From: Acidobacteriota bacterium
GTDB lineage: Bacteria; Acidobacteriota; UBA6911; RPQK01; JAJDTT01
Direction: 5' to 3'
Length of the DNA stretch: 64,000 nucleotides
Assembly: GCA_965263035.1 (NCBI GenBank)
Contig: OZ253580.1
Coordinates: 4,096,001-4,160,000 of the forward strand
The stretch's first letter is position 1. Each line of letters begins with the position of its first letter. A model generated the notes under the pieces. That model was not told the origin of the DNA and did not search any database. It saw only the letters and a list, made by a program, of their open reading frames with translations. Below are positions 1 to 10,341 of this stretch, in pieces. The position numbers were made by a program, and so were the translations under genes.

Positions 1-477
1 CTGGTGACGTCCGATGTTCTACGGGATCTGTGGCAGACCTACGAGCAGGCGGCTCTGGAGGCAGGGCGTGCGCCGGATCGGAAGGACTTCAAGGTCGCGC
101 GATCCATTTTTCTGGCCGACACCACGGAGGAGGCCCGTGCCCGCGCCCGGAACAATTCCGTGGCCGGCAACTACGAATACATCGGCGGGTTTCTCGACAA
201 GGGACCGGGACGTGCGATGTTCAAGCGGGATCTGGCCATGAGCGACGCCGATTGCAATCTGGATTACCTCATGACGGAGCAGATCATCGCGGGAGATGTG
301 GACGAAGTGTTGCGCCGGCTGTTGCTCATGGTGGAGGAGGTCGGCCCCTTCGGCACGCTGATTCTCATGTGTTACGACTGGGACGACAAGGCGAGTTGGG
401 TGCGCAGTCTGGAGCTTTTTGCCAAGGAGGTCATGCCTGCCCTGAACCGGGCGGTTGCCGCGCCGGTGGTTGCCTGA
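1..477 (+). CDS. LLM-class (luciferase-like) flavin-dependent oxidoreductase, C-terminal part (5' truncated by window)
   Basis: W..Y...A..AGR, 'VARSIFLADT.EEA', 'IAGDVDEV' and 'SLELFAKEVMPAL' are typical of the LLM monooxygenase C-terminus. Confidence 0.85.
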   Translation: MVTSDVLRDLWQTYEQAALEAGRAPDRKDFKVARSIFLADTTEEARARARNNSVAGNYEYIGGFLDKGPGRAMFKRDLAMSDADCNLDYLMTEQIIAGDVDEVLRRLLLMVEEVGPFGTLILMCYDWDDKASWVRSLELFAKEVMPALNRAVAAPVVA

Positions 478-523
478 GTTCCCGGATGAGCCCGCCGGGC
501 CTGATCCGAAAACCCCTGAAAAA

Positions 524-1702
524 ATGAAGCTGAGCCAGGACGTGGTCGATCGTGTGAACCGGGCCGTTCGTCCGGAACGGCTGACGGAATTGGCCGTCGA
601 GCTGATCCGGATCCCCAGCCCCACGCAGAATGCCGCCGAGGTGGCCGGCCGACTGGCGGAGGTTCTGGCGGCCGAGGGTTTCGAGGTTGGCCGGCCGGAG
701 GCCGCGTGGCCCCGGTCCCCGGCCGTGGTCACCCGATTCGATACGGGAGTTGCGGGGCGAACCCTCCAGTTCAACGGCCACCTGGATACGGTGCATCTCC
801 CCTTCGTTCCTCCCCGCATCGAGGATGGAGTCCTCTACGGGAGTGGCGCCTCGGACATGAAGGCCGGAGTGGCCGCCATGTGCGAGGCCTTGCTGGCGGT
901 TCGGGATTCGGGCGTTCTGGAGGCAGGCGGGATCCTGTTGACGGCTCACGACCTCCACGAGGCTCCATGGGGCCGGGGCCAGCAGTTGGCGGCGCTGATC
1001 GAGGAGGGCTATGTGGGAGACGCGGCGCTGTTGCCGGAGTATCTCTCCAGCACTCTCCCGGTCGTGGGCCGGGGCATGGCCAATGTGGAAGTGACGCTCA
1101 GCCGGCAGGGAACCCCGGTGCATGAGGTTTTGGGTGGCCTGGAGCAGCCGCGTGTGATCGCCGCCGGCGCCGACCTGGTGACCCGGCTCGAAGCCGCCGA
1201 CCGGAGCTTGACCGGCAGGAGCCATCCCCTGGCCGGACGGGAGAGCCTCTTCATCGGCAAGGTCGCGGGGGGAGAGATCTACAACCAGTCCCCGACCGAG
1301 TTTCGTCTCGCCGGCACCTGCAGGTGGTTGCCGGGGACGGCCGTGGATGAGGTGCGGAAACGGTTTCTGGATGCCGTCGACGGGATGGAGGCACGGCCGG
1401 GCATCCAGATCGACGCTCAGTTTCACTACCGGCGGGACGCCTACGAGATGAACCTGGAGCATCCCCTGGTCGGCGCTTTTCAGGACTCCTGCCAGGCCGT
1501 CATGGGTCGCCCCCTGCCCCATGGAGCCAAGCCCTTCATCGATGACGGCAATACCCTGAGGGAATTGGCCGGTATCGAGACCATCACCCACGGACCCCGG
1601 GCCACGGGCGCTCATACCACCGGGGAGCAGGTCCCCCTGGACGACCTGGTCCGCGTGGCTCGGGTCTACGCTTGCACCGCGGTTGCATTCTGCGCCGGAT
1701 AG
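524..1702 (+). CDS. M20 family metallo-hydrolase (ArgE/DapE-like deacylase)
   Basis: NGHLDTV, LYGSGASDMKAG and GAHTTGE metal-binding motifs; ATG 524 chosen within ORF 455..1702. Confidence 0.9.
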   Translation: MKLSQDVVDRVNRAVRPERLTELAVELIRIPSPTQNAAEVAGRLAEVLAAEGFEVGRPEAAWPRSPAVVTRFDTGVAGRTLQFNGHLDTVHLPFVPPRIEDGVLYGSGASDMKAGVAAMCEALLAVRDSGVLEAGGILLTAHDLHEAPWGRGQQLAALIEEGYVGDAALLPEYLSSTLPVVGRGMANVEVTLSRQGTPVHEVLGGLEQPRVIAAGADLVTRLEAADRSLTGRSHPLAGRESLFIGKVAGGEIYNQSPTEFRLAGTCRWLPGTAVDEVRKRFLDAVDGMEARPGIQIDAQFHYRRDAYEMNLEHPLVGAFQDSCQAVMGRPLPHGAKPFIDDGNTLRELAGIETITHGPRATGAHTTGEQVPLDDLVRVARVYACTAVAFCAG

Positions 1703-1722
1703 GAAAGAGAAAAGAGGAAAGA

Positions 1723-3153
1723 GTGAAGGAAAAAGAATCGTACGCACAGTGGGGTCGAGGGGAGCCGGAAGTAGTTTCCCGGACGGAATCCATTCCTCCT
1801 GAAAGGACGGGGGAGGAGCAGTTCCTGCGTCAGATCCTGGTGCGGGCCCAGATGAGCGAATTTGCCGCGGATCCTTTCATCATGTCCCGGGCCAAAGGGA
1901 TCCACTACTGGGACGTTCACGGCAAGCAGTATCTGGACGGGATCTCGGGAATCTACGTGGTCTCCGTGGGACATTCCAATCCACGGGTGATGGACGCAAT
2001 TCGCCGGCAGATGGAGGTGCTGCATTTCTCCCCCACCATGCATGGCAGCAATCCACTGGCCGTCGAACTGGCCAATCGTCTGGTGGCCGTCGCTCCGGGC
2101 GACCTGGACGCGGTCAAGTTCCTGACCGGAGGATCGGAGGTGACCGAGGCGGCCATCACCATGGCCCGCCAGTACCACCGGTTGACCGGGAACGCGGGCA
2201 AGTACAAGATCATTTCCCGTTACAAGTCGTGGCACGGATCGACCATGGGGTCCCTCTCCGCATCGGGACTGACCAGCCGCCGGAGCGTGCGGGAACCGCT
2301 GGCCCCGGGTTTCATCCACGTCTTCCCCCCCACCTGCTACCGCTGTCCCTTCGGCAAGGAGTATCCGGACTGCGAAATCACCTGCGCCAGCCTCATCGGC
2401 GACGTGATCGAGAATGAGGGGCCGGAGACCGTCGCTGCCGTCATCGTGGAGCCCATCGGTCACACCGGAGGCATCATCGAGCCGCCCGAGGAGTACCTGC
2501 CCCAGCTGCGGGAAATCTGCGACCGCCATAACGTCCTCCTCATCTTTGACGAGATCATCACCGGCATGGGGCGCACCGGACAGATGTTCGCCGCCGATAC
2601 CTTCGGCGTCCTTCCCGACCTCCTCTGTGTGGGGAAGGGGCTGTCGGGCGGGTATGCTCCCCTGTCGGCGATGCTCTGCCGCAGGCACATCGCCGACACC
2701 TTCTGGGGGGATCCCGCCACCAATCCGGGCTTCGTGGCCGGTCACACCTTCGAGGGGAACCCCATCTCCTGCACGGCAGGCCTAGCGACTCTGGCCGAGA
2801 TCTTGGAGCGGGATCTCTGCGGCAACGCCAGACGCGTGGGAGATCATCTCCGGCACGGATTGGAGGGGCTCCGCCGCCACGGCATCATCGGCGACATCCG
2901 GGGGCGGGGACTGTTCCTGGGTCTGGAGTTCGTCCGGAACCCCGAGACCAAGGAGCCCTTCTCCGACCGGATCTCCATTGGGAAGCGCATTGGCAAGCGA
3001 GCCCTCGAACATGGATTGCTGACCCGGTTCGATCCCAACTGGATCGCACTGGGCCCGCCTCTCGTTCTGACGACGGCGGAGGCCGATCAGATCGTGGAGA
3101 TTCTGGATCGGAGTATCGGGGAAGTCCTTAATGAGCTGGAGGAATCAGAGTGA
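1723..3153 (+). CDS. Class-III PLP-dependent aminotransferase
   Basis: GGSE, SWHGST, LLIFDEIITGMGRTG, DLLCVGKG (PLP lysine), GHTFEGNP; GTG start at 1723 after a purine-rich RBS (start uncertain). Confidence 0.92.
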   Translation: MKEKESYAQWGRGEPEVVSRTESIPPERTGEEQFLRQILVRAQMSEFAADPFIMSRAKGIHYWDVHGKQYLDGISGIYVVSVGHSNPRVMDAIRRQMEVLHFSPTMHGSNPLAVELANRLVAVAPGDLDAVKFLTGGSEVTEAAITMARQYHRLTGNAGKYKIISRYKSWHGSTMGSLSASGLTSRRSVREPLAPGFIHVFPPTCYRCPFGKEYPDCEITCASLIGDVIENEGPETVAAVIVEPIGHTGGIIEPPEEYLPQLREICDRHNVLLIFDEIITGMGRTGQMFAADTFGVLPDLLCVGKGLSGGYAPLSAMLCRRHIADTFWGDPATNPGFVAGHTFEGNPISCTAGLATLAEILERDLCGNARRVGDHLRHGLEGLRRHGIIGDIRGRGLFLGLEFVRNPETKEPFSDRISIGKRIGKRALEHGLLTRFDPNWIALGPPLVLTTAEADQIVEILDRSIGEVLNELEESE

Positions 3154-4325
3154 CAGGCGCCTCTGGAGACTACGATCTGCTCCTGAAGGGTGGGACGGTC
3201 ATCGACCCGGCCAACGGCCGGCGCGGACTCCTGGACGTGGCCCTCAAGGCGGGCCGGGTAGCGGCCGTGGCCCGCGACCTTCCGGTCCAGGATTCCGCCG
3301 AGGTGCTGGACACCTCCGGTCTCCTGGTGGTGCCCGGCCTCATCGATCTGCACACGCACGTCTACGAAGGAGTCTCCTTCCTGGGGATCGAGGCGGACGA
3401 TCTCTGTCCGCGCACCGGAGTCACCACCGTCGTGGACACCGGATCGGCCGGCTGGATCAACTACAAGGGTCTGGAGCGATACGTGATCGAGCCCTCCGAG
3501 ACTCGCATCTTCGGTTACGTGAACCTCTCCGGCGTGGGCCTTCCCTCGCGCCGGGGTGAACTGGTCCATCACGACTACCTGGATGCCGGCGAGTGCGCCG
3601 AATGCGTCCTTCGCCACCCGGAGTCGGCTTTGGGGGTCAAGGTCCGTCTCTATGAGGGTGTGGCCGGAACCATGGATCTCCGAGACGTCCTGAAGGCGTC
3701 CCTGGAAGCGGCGAAAGAATGCGGCAAGCCGCTCATGATTCACATCAGCGGGTCGGACGTGCCGTTGGAGGACCTGCTTCCACCCCTTCGAACCGGCGAC
3801 GTGGTGACTCATTGTTGCCACGGCACCGAGGCCGCGTCGATCCTGGATGGGGAAGGGAAGATCCGTCCCGTGGTGCGGGATGCCCGGGAGCGCGGGATCC
3901 TCTTCGACGTGGGCCACGGCGTGGGAAGCTTTGCCTTCCGCATTGCGCGCCGTGCAGTGGCCGAGGGATTTCTGCCCGACACCATCAGCACCGACATCCA
4001 TACCCTGTCCATCAACTATCCTGTCTACGACCTCCCCACCACCCTCTCCAAGTTTCTGGGCCTGGGTCTCTCTTTGGACGAGGTCATCGAACGAGCCACC
4101 ATCGAACCGGCCCGGATCATCGGCATCGACTCCCATCTGGGCCACCTCGACGTGGGGGCCACCGCCGATATCGCGGTGCTGGAGTTGGAGGAGGGCCGGT
4201 TCTCCTTCTTCGACGTGGAGCACGAGAAGATGGCCGGGCCTCAGAGGCTGGTCTGCAAGGCCACCATCAAGGACGGCACCGTCTGGTGGCGCGCCGGCGA
4301 GGCCGGCAAGTCAGCGGAGATGTGA
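3150..4325 (+). CDS. Amidohydrolase/deacetylase family metallohydrolase (dihydroorotase-like)
   Basis: PGLIDLHTH, GVTTVVDTGS, GVKVR, THC, DVGHG, ISTDIH; GTGA overlap with the upstream stop. Confidence 0.9.
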   Translation: MTGASGDYDLLLKGGTVIDPANGRRGLLDVALKAGRVAAVARDLPVQDSAEVLDTSGLLVVPGLIDLHTHVYEGVSFLGIEADDLCPRTGVTTVVDTGSAGWINYKGLERYVIEPSETRIFGYVNLSGVGLPSRRGELVHHDYLDAGECAECVLRHPESALGVKVRLYEGVAGTMDLRDVLKASLEAAKECGKPLMIHISGSDVPLEDLLPPLRTGDVVTHCCHGTEAASILDGEGKIRPVVRDARERGILFDVGHGVGSFAFRIARRAVAEGFLPDTISTDIHTLSINYPVYDLPTTLSKFLGLGLSLDEVIERATIEPARIIGIDSHLGHLDVGATADIAVLELEEGRFSFFDVEHEKMAGPQRLVCKATIKDGTVWWRAGEAGKSAEM

Positions 4326-4334
4326 CTTCTCGCT

Positions 4335-5258
4335 TCAGAGAACTCCCAACCCTTGGAGATGATCCCGCAGGACCTCCATTTCCGGGTCGGTCAGGGAGTA
4401 GTGGGGCTTGCGTCTCCACCGTCCGGCGATGCCGTAGATCTCCAGCATGGCGTGCATGCCCGCGTCGAACCCTCCCTGCAGTTTCGCCAGAAAGTCGAAC
4501 AGCGGCATGTCATAGGTCTTGATCACCTCTCTCGCCCGGGCCAGGTTCCCATCCTGAATGGCGGACCAGTATTGGCGGGCGACGCCGGGGTGGAAGCCGA
4601 TATAGGTCGACATGTATCCGTCGCAGCCGTAAGGATGCAGGTCCAGGTGGTTCTGCTTCATGCCACCGGAGAAGACCGCCCACCGCTCGTGCACCAAGAG
4701 GCACATGCGCCGTGCGAATTGGCCGAGGATGTCATCCTTGATGGCCACGATCCCCTCGACCTGCTCCACCAGGACCTTCAGGGTTTCCAGCGCGAAGTCG
4801 ATCCCCCGGGGGGCATAGAGATTTGTAACCACCATCACCGGGATCTCCCGCGCCACAGCGCCGTAGTGTTCCGCCAGGGTCTGGGTGGTGCAGGAAGCGG
4901 CCCAATCGGGTGGGAGCACCATCAGGACGTCGGCGCCCACCAAACGGACGTACCGGGCGAAGTCCACCGCACGGCTCGTGGAATGGTAGCGGTCCGCGGC
5001 CACCACCAGGGCACGTCCGGCGGTCTGCTCGACGGTGACGCGGGTGACCTGGGCAATCTCGGAATCGCTCAGGATATGGAAATGGCTGTCGCCCGCGGTG
5101 AGGAGGACGGTGCCGGACCCATTTTGAATGTTGCATTCGATGTGGCTTCTGAGACCGTCGGTGTCCACGCTGCCATCTTTCTTGAAGGGCGTCCGAATCG
5201 ATCCGAAGGGGCCCGTCAGGGCCGACCGGATCTCCTCTCGAGTCCACTTTCGCTTCAT
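4335..5258 (-). CDS. Dihydrodipicolinate synthase-family aldolase/lyase
   Basis: TPFKKDGSVD, GAD.LMVLPP, IVAIKDD (Schiff-base Lys); the usual GTTGE motif is replaced by TAGDS. Confidence 0.85.
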   Translation of the reverse strand: MKRKWTREEIRSALTGPFGSIRTPFKKDGSVDTDGLRSHIECNIQNGSGTVLLTAGDSHFHILSDSEIAQVTRVTVEQTAGRALVVAADRYHSTSRAVDFARYVRLVGADVLMVLPPDWAASCTTQTLAEHYGAVAREIPVMVVTNLYAPRGIDFALETLKVLVEQVEGIVAIKDDILGQFARRMCLLVHERWAVFSGGMKQNHLDLHPYGCDGYMSTYIGFHPGVARQYWSAIQDGNLARAREVIKTYDMPLFDFLAKLQGGFDAGMHAMLEIYGIAGRWRRKPHYSLTDPEMEVLRDHLQGLGVL

Positions 5259-5286
5259 GGTGTGAGTCTCCTGTTCCGAGGCCGAG

Positions 5287-6276
5287 TCAGTAGCCGGCGC
5301 GTTTGTCGACCAACCCTTCCAACGGCCCGCCTCGCCGAAATCGTCTCAGATTCTGAAAGAACAGGTCCAGGACGGCGTCCTCCTGTTCCCTGGAGGTGCC
5401 CCGGCAAGGAGTCACCACCACCTGGGGATGTTTCCAGAATCCGGAATTCGCCGCCGGCATCCGGACGTCCGGGTGTTGACCCGACGGCTGCAGGCAGACC
5501 CCGGCGATCCATCCCTCCTCCAGAGCCCGCTCCAGAGCCGCGTAGTCCAACAGGGGCGGCCGGCCGGACGAATCGATGAGATAGGCCGAAGGCTTCATCG
5601 CGCGGAGTTGAGGTCGTCCCATGAAGCCGCGCGTCTCCCGGGTCAGGGGCACCGCCAGCACCACGAAATCGGACGCCGCAAGCAGTTCCGGCAACCGGTC
5701 CAGGGAGAAGAGTTGGTGAACCGAATCGACCCGTCGGCGCGGACGCCGAGCCGTCCCCAGTACCCGCATCCCCAGGGAACTGCAGACCCTGGCGATGGCC
5801 CGGCCCATGTACCCGAGGCCGATGATTCCCACCGTCTTTCCCGCCAGATCGAACGGCTGAAGCTCCCCGTCCCGTCCCGGGTCCCACTGAGTCATGGGCG
5901 GTCGTCGCAGACGATGAAACCGGCGGGAGAAGATCAGCATGGCGGCGAGAGCGTGCTCCGCGCCGGCGGTCCCGAAGCAGGGCTTGGAGCAGGTCAGGGG
6001 AATCGGACTATCCACCAGTTCGGGAAAGAGGTAGTGGCCGGCTCCGCCCACCATGGCGTGGATCCACTGCAGGCGGTTGCCCCGGTCCAGAATCTCCGCG
6101 TCAAGGGCGCCCACCTGCAGGACCTGGGCATCGGAGACCTCCTTCAGGATGATCTTCCGGTCGGCCGAGATCACGATCTCGATTCCATCGAATTCCTCAG
6201 TCGCGGCCCTTTCCAGGATCCGGTCGCGCCATTCCTCCCAGGTGATCAGGATCTTGTCGACTCTCGGCAGTGGCAA
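5287..6276 (-). CDS. D-2-hydroxyacid dehydrogenase
   Basis: AEHALA, GKTVGIIGLGYMG, SDFVVLAVPLT.ET, MKPSAYLI; TTG start at 6276 after AGGA. Confidence 0.88.
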   Translation of the reverse strand: MPLPRVDKILITWEEWRDRILERAATEEFDGIEIVISADRKIILKEVSDAQVLQVGALDAEILDRGNRLQWIHAMVGGAGHYLFPELVDSPIPLTCSKPCFGTAGAEHALAAMLIFSRRFHRLRRPPMTQWDPGRDGELQPFDLAGKTVGIIGLGYMGRAIARVCSSLGMRVLGTARRPRRRVDSVHQLFSLDRLPELLAASDFVVLAVPLTRETRGFMGRPQLRAMKPSAYLIDSSGRPPLLDYAALERALEEGWIAGVCLQPSGQHPDVRMPAANSGFWKHPQVVVTPCRGTSREQEDAVLDLFFQNLRRFRRGGPLEGLVDKRAGY

Positions 6277-6286
6277 ATGACTATTC

Positions 6287-7435
6287 CTACGGCTCCTGGA
6301 TTGCCTCCGGGACCAAATCTCCCAATCCGAGTCCGGGAGACGTGGAGATCTCCAGGTAACCCCCGCGCTGTTCGAGCGGACGTTCGAACAGCCTCCGATG
6401 AGCCGTCTCCAGGCGCCGGAGGTCGTCGGGAAGGGACCGGAAACCGGCAAAGGCCGGGTACTCGATCAGGATACCGTTTCCCACAGTGGCCAGAACGTTC
6501 AGATGGGCGGCTACGGCAATGCCGGTCCAGGGACAATGGGGGATGCAAAGGAGACCCTCTTCCTCCGATTGCCGCGCCACCTGGAGCATCTGTGTGATTC
6601 CCATCTGTTGGGCGTCCGGCTGGATGACATCCACCGCACGCCGCTGGAGAAATGGCCGGAAATCCGTGGAGGTGGTCAGGCTCTCTCCGGTGGCGATCCT
6701 GGTCCGGGAACTCTGAGTCAGGGCGGTAAAGCCGTCCACGTCGTGCGGATGAAGGGGCTCCTCCAGGAAGAAGACATCGAAATCCTCCAGCAGGCGGGCG
6801 ACTCGCATTGCGTCCTTGACGGTCCACCCCCGGTCCAGGTAGGCGGGACAGCCGAAGTCGATCATGAGGAGGGTCTCGGGACCGATGGCCTCGCGGACCA
6901 TAGCGAGGCTCTTCAGGTCGTCAGGTCCGAAGTAATTGCCCCAGCCGAACTTCACCGCCTTGAACCCCTCCTCCATGTAGGCCCGGCATTCGCGAACCAG
7001 TTCTTCCGGAGACTTGTGCCGGGGCCGGCCGGCACGCAGCGCCGGAAGATCGAAGGCGGTGGCACTGGCGTAGACCATGATGCGGGATTGGACGGCGCCC
7101 CCCAACAGCTTGTAGATGGGCAACCCCCGAGCCTTGCCCGTCAGGTCCCAGAGAGCCAGATCGATGGCGCTCATGGTATTGACGGCCAGGCCCCCTTCAC
7201 CTCCCCGGCCCCGCTGGGCCTGCCAGGTCTCGAACATCTTGCGCCAGAGGCGATTCGTATCGGTGGGGTCTTCACCCAGCAGCAGGTCGCCAAGGGACCC
7301 GGGGCCGTCCTCCACCAGGGCCCGCACTGCCGGTGCGTGGGCAGAAGTGGCGCCGATCCCGGAATATCCCTCGTCGGTGGTGATGCGAACCAAGCAGGGA
7401 GTGTTCGCCAGCACCTGGACCCCGGTGATCCTCAT
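6287..7435 (-). CDS. Mandelate racemase/muconate lactonizing enzyme (enolase superfamily), probable acid-sugar dehydratase
   Basis: SAIDLALWDLTGK, GFKAVK, LMID, FFLEEP, IATGE, VIQPD. Confidence 0.92.
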   Translation of the reverse strand: MRITGVQVLANTPCLVRITTDEGYSGIGATSAHAPAVRALVEDGPGSLGDLLLGEDPTDTNRLWRKMFETWQAQRGRGGEGGLAVNTMSAIDLALWDLTGKARGLPIYKLLGGAVQSRIMVYASATAFDLPALRAGRPRHKSPEELVRECRAYMEEGFKAVKFGWGNYFGPDDLKSLAMVREAIGPETLLMIDFGCPAYLDRGWTVKDAMRVARLLEDFDVFFLEEPLHPHDVDGFTALTQSSRTRIATGESLTTSTDFRPFLQRRAVDVIQPDAQQMGITQMLQVARQSEEEGLLCIPHCPWTGIAVAAHLNVLATVGNGILIEYPAFAGFRSLPDDLRRLETAHRRLFERPLEQRGGYLEISTSPGLGLGDLVPEAIQEP

Positions 7436-7635
7436 GGTGGAAATATGGAACAGGGGGAGAGGAAAGAGAAAATGAGAAAAGAGGAACGCTCCCTCACCGG
7501 CTGGGCCCCGGCGGATTCATGGGAGAAACAAGGTTTCGAACCAATCTGGCTCCAGTATCCCTGACGGGGTCATTTTCGGTTGTCGTCCCCACTGCGCGTA
7601 AACTACCCGCCTTTCTTCACTCTTCTAAGAAACAA

Positions 7636-7706
7636 GGAGGGGCGACTTCCAGTCGCCCATTCCTCCATGCTCCACCGGAGTTCGGCGGTTGGAAACCGGT
7701 GCTCCT
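7636..7706. repeat. Inverted pair of GGAG-headed REP-like hairpins (REPIN-like doublet)
   Basis: GGAGGGGCGAC-TTCCA-GTCGCCC on + and GGAGCACCGGTTTCCAACCGCCG on - strand; resembles the units at 46304-46384. Confidence 0.55.
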
Positions 7707-7764
7707 ACCCTTTTTCTACCGGGCGTCCGCCGGACCGGGCCGGTGGGGGAGCTTTTCTCTTTTC

Positions 7765-9315
7765 TCAAGATTCAGAGTTGGAACGTTGGGCTTGGGACCT
7801 GAAGTCCCTGGCTCCGACCCAGGGGGCTCCGACCCGCTGGAAGAAGGCCACTCGGCGGCGGAGTTCCTCAGGGGAGGGACGGTCCAGGTAGCTGACCAGA
7901 ACGCCCAGAAGGCAGATTGCCGGCATCAGATAGACGTAGATCCAGCGGGCCCAGACCGGGTACGGAACCACCGGCTCGGCCAGAATGTTGGCGTATACCG
8001 CGACTCCCACTCCCAGGACCCAACCCAGCAGGAGACAGACGATTGAGGCTCGCCGACTCGCCTTCCACCATAGAAACCCGAAGACGCAAGGGAAGAACAT
8101 GGCCGCAAAGAGAGTATTTCCGAAGAGATTGATGACGACCAGCAACTTGCCCAGCAGCGTCATACAGAGCAGAAGGGTGATGACGCCCAGGACCAGCGTG
8201 ATCTTGCGTCCCACCCTCAACTGGTCCGCATCCGTGGCCTGAGGCCTGAGCCACCCCTTGTAGAAGTCCTGGACCACCATGGCCGAGGTGGTGTTCCAGA
8301 TGCTGGACATGGTGGTCTGGCAGACGGCGAAGAGCATGGCCAGCATCAGGCCGCGGACGCCGGGCCCGAGAAACAGGTTCATGGCTCCACCCACGGCCTG
8401 ATCCGGATCCGGCAGGTCGGGTTGGTGCCCGTGATAGAGGATGGTGGCCACCTGCCCGCAGGCATAGAGGAGGGTGGTGACCAGGGTGGCGATTCCTACC
8501 GCGGCGAGGGCCACCTTTTCGTTGCGGGCCGCGAACATCCGCTGCCCGTACCAGGGCGCCAGGGGATAGCAGAGGAGGATGACCACGTTCAGAGTGACGA
8601 TGAAATGGAGGGGTAGAACCGGGTCGGGATCCACGGCCTGGTAGGAGTGGAGCAGGGGTTCGGGCGAAGCGTACTGGAGGGCGCTGATGGCCAGGAGGGG
8701 CAGCACCACCACGGTCACAATCAGTGATGCGGTATCCGTGAAGGCCACCGAGATGAGGCCGCCGGCCCAGGTGAAGATGAGGACGGTCGTGCTGATCACG
8801 AGGGCCGTCCAGACCAGGGTTCGGTCCGCCGTGATCCAACCCGGGACCAGCGCTCCCGAGGGTGGGAGTCCGAGTGCCGAGGAGAAGGTCTTGCTGGTGG
8901 CGATGAGGTACCCCGAAGAGAAGAGGGTCAGTATCAACGTGGTGCACAGACTGACGGCTCGGCGCATTCCCAGGGAGTATCGAGCCTCGAACATCTCGGC
9001 GATGCTCACCGCCTGGAGCCGCTGCCAGCGGCGCGCCACCAGCAGGCCGTAGCTGCCGAGTCCGACGATGAAGATCAGGCAGAGCCAGGCGGCGCGGGGT
9101 CCGGCCGAATAGCTGATGCTCCCGAACCAGATCATGGTGGAGGGGTTCAACTCGGTCATCACCAGCGTGCCCACCAGGGCGAACAGGCCCAGTTGCCGGC
9201 CGGCGACGGTGTAGTCCAGCGAGGTGCGGACGCGGCGCGAAACCCAGAGTCCGTAGCCGAGGGCGCCGAGGGCGTAGAACACCACGATGCCCAGGTCGAT
9301 CCCGTTGCCGCTCAT
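7765..9315 (-). CDS. Sodium:solute symporter family protein
   Basis: About 13 hydrophobic segments, DYTVAGR, GGLISVAFTD, QRMFAARN, QTTMSS. Confidence 0.9.
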   Translation of the reverse strand: MSGNGIDLGIVVFYALGALGYGLWVSRRVRTSLDYTVAGRQLGLFALVGTLVMTELNPSTMIWFGSISYSAGPRAAWLCLIFIVGLGSYGLLVARRWQRLQAVSIAEMFEARYSLGMRRAVSLCTTLILTLFSSGYLIATSKTFSSALGLPPSGALVPGWITADRTLVWTALVISTTVLIFTWAGGLISVAFTDTASLIVTVVVLPLLAISALQYASPEPLLHSYQAVDPDPVLPLHFIVTLNVVILLCYPLAPWYGQRMFAARNEKVALAAVGIATLVTTLLYACGQVATILYHGHQPDLPDPDQAVGGAMNLFLGPGVRGLMLAMLFAVCQTTMSSIWNTTSAMVVQDFYKGWLRPQATDADQLRVGRKITLVLGVITLLLCMTLLGKLLVVINLFGNTLFAAMFFPCVFGFLWWKASRRASIVCLLLGWVLGVGVAVYANILAEPVVPYPVWARWIYVYLMPAICLLGVLVSYLDRPSPEELRRRVAFFQRVGAPWVGARDFRSQAQRSNSES

Positions 9316-9321
9316 GGGGCG

Positions 9322-10341
9322 CTAATCATTCTGGGGCCAATCGAACACGGCGGCGATGAGCTCCTTGGAGTGCTCCAGGGCCAGCTCGTACGCTTCCTTC
9401 ATTCGTTCGGGCGGGAAGCGGTGGGTGATCAGGGAATCGAATCGCATGTCCCTGGTGGCCAGGAGGCTCATGATGTACTGGAGGTTCCTGCGGATGTTGA
9501 ACCGCAGGTCCGAGGCCGGAGCATCGGTGCCGGGAGCATAGCCCGCACCCAGAAGCGTGAGCTGCTTGGCATAGAACCATTCGGGGTCCAAGGGATTGAA
9601 ATCGGGCGGTTCCTGGAACCTTCCCGGAAAGCCCAGGATACTGATCCGTCCTCCGGTGCGGGCGATGTCCACCGAGAGCCGGTACGCGGGCCAGGGATTC
9701 GCGGTGAGGATGACGAGATCGGTCCCCTCGTCGCCGAAGGTCTGGGCGATACAGTCGCCGACACCGGGATCCCTGTACTCGACGGCGGCGTGGGCGCCCA
9801 TTTTCAGAGCAGCCTCCGATCTCTTGGGGGAGTTGGAGATGGCCACCACCTTGGCGCCCATGGCCCGAGCCAGTCCCACGGTGCAGAGCCCGATCACACC
9901 CAGACCCACGATGGCGACGTTCTCCCCGGTCTCGTACCGAGCCTGACGCAGTCCGGCCAAACCCAGATGGGTGAGATAGGCCAGCGACGCCTCATCGGAG
10001 GGGATCCCGTCCGGAATCGGAGTCAGCACCTCGCTCTCGCTGGCGATAAAGGCGGATTGGTGATAGTGGCGCGAGAAGATCCTCTGGCCCGGACTGAATT
10101 GGGTGACTGCCGAGCCCACCTTGCGAACCACTCCCACGTTGGAGTAGCCCACCTGGCGCGGGTAGTCGGGGGCGTCGGGCACATAAGTGGAGTCGCCCAG
10201 GTAGTTGCCCAGATCGGTTCCCGTGGAGAGGGCCGAAACCAGGGTCTCGACGTAGAGCTGGTTCGGTCCCAGAGCATCGACGTCGAGGTCCCGTTCCTCC
10301 ATTCCAAGATCCCTGGCTCCGTACAAAATGGCCGCTTTCAT
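9322..10341 (-). CDS. MDR (zinc-binding alcohol dehydrogenase-like) oxidoreductase, YcjQ-like
   Basis: SALSTGTD, GYSNVG, VGLGVIG Rossmann motif, LITHRF; ATG 10341. Confidence 0.88.
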   Translation of the reverse strand: MKAAILYGARDLGMEERDLDVDALGPNQLYVETLVSALSTGTDLGNYLGDSTYVPDAPDYPRQVGYSNVGVVRKVGSAVTQFSPGQRIFSRHYHQSAFIASESEVLTPIPDGIPSDEASLAYLTHLGLAGLRQARYETGENVAIVGLGVIGLCTVGLARAMGAKVVAISNSPKRSEAALKMGAHAAVEYRDPGVGDCIAQTFGDEGTDLVILTANPWPAYRLSVDIARTGGRISILGFPGRFQEPPDFNPLDPEWFYAKQLTLLGAGYAPGTDAPASDLRFNIRRNLQYIMSLLATRDMRFDSLITHRFPPERMKEAYELALEHSKELIAAVFDWPQND

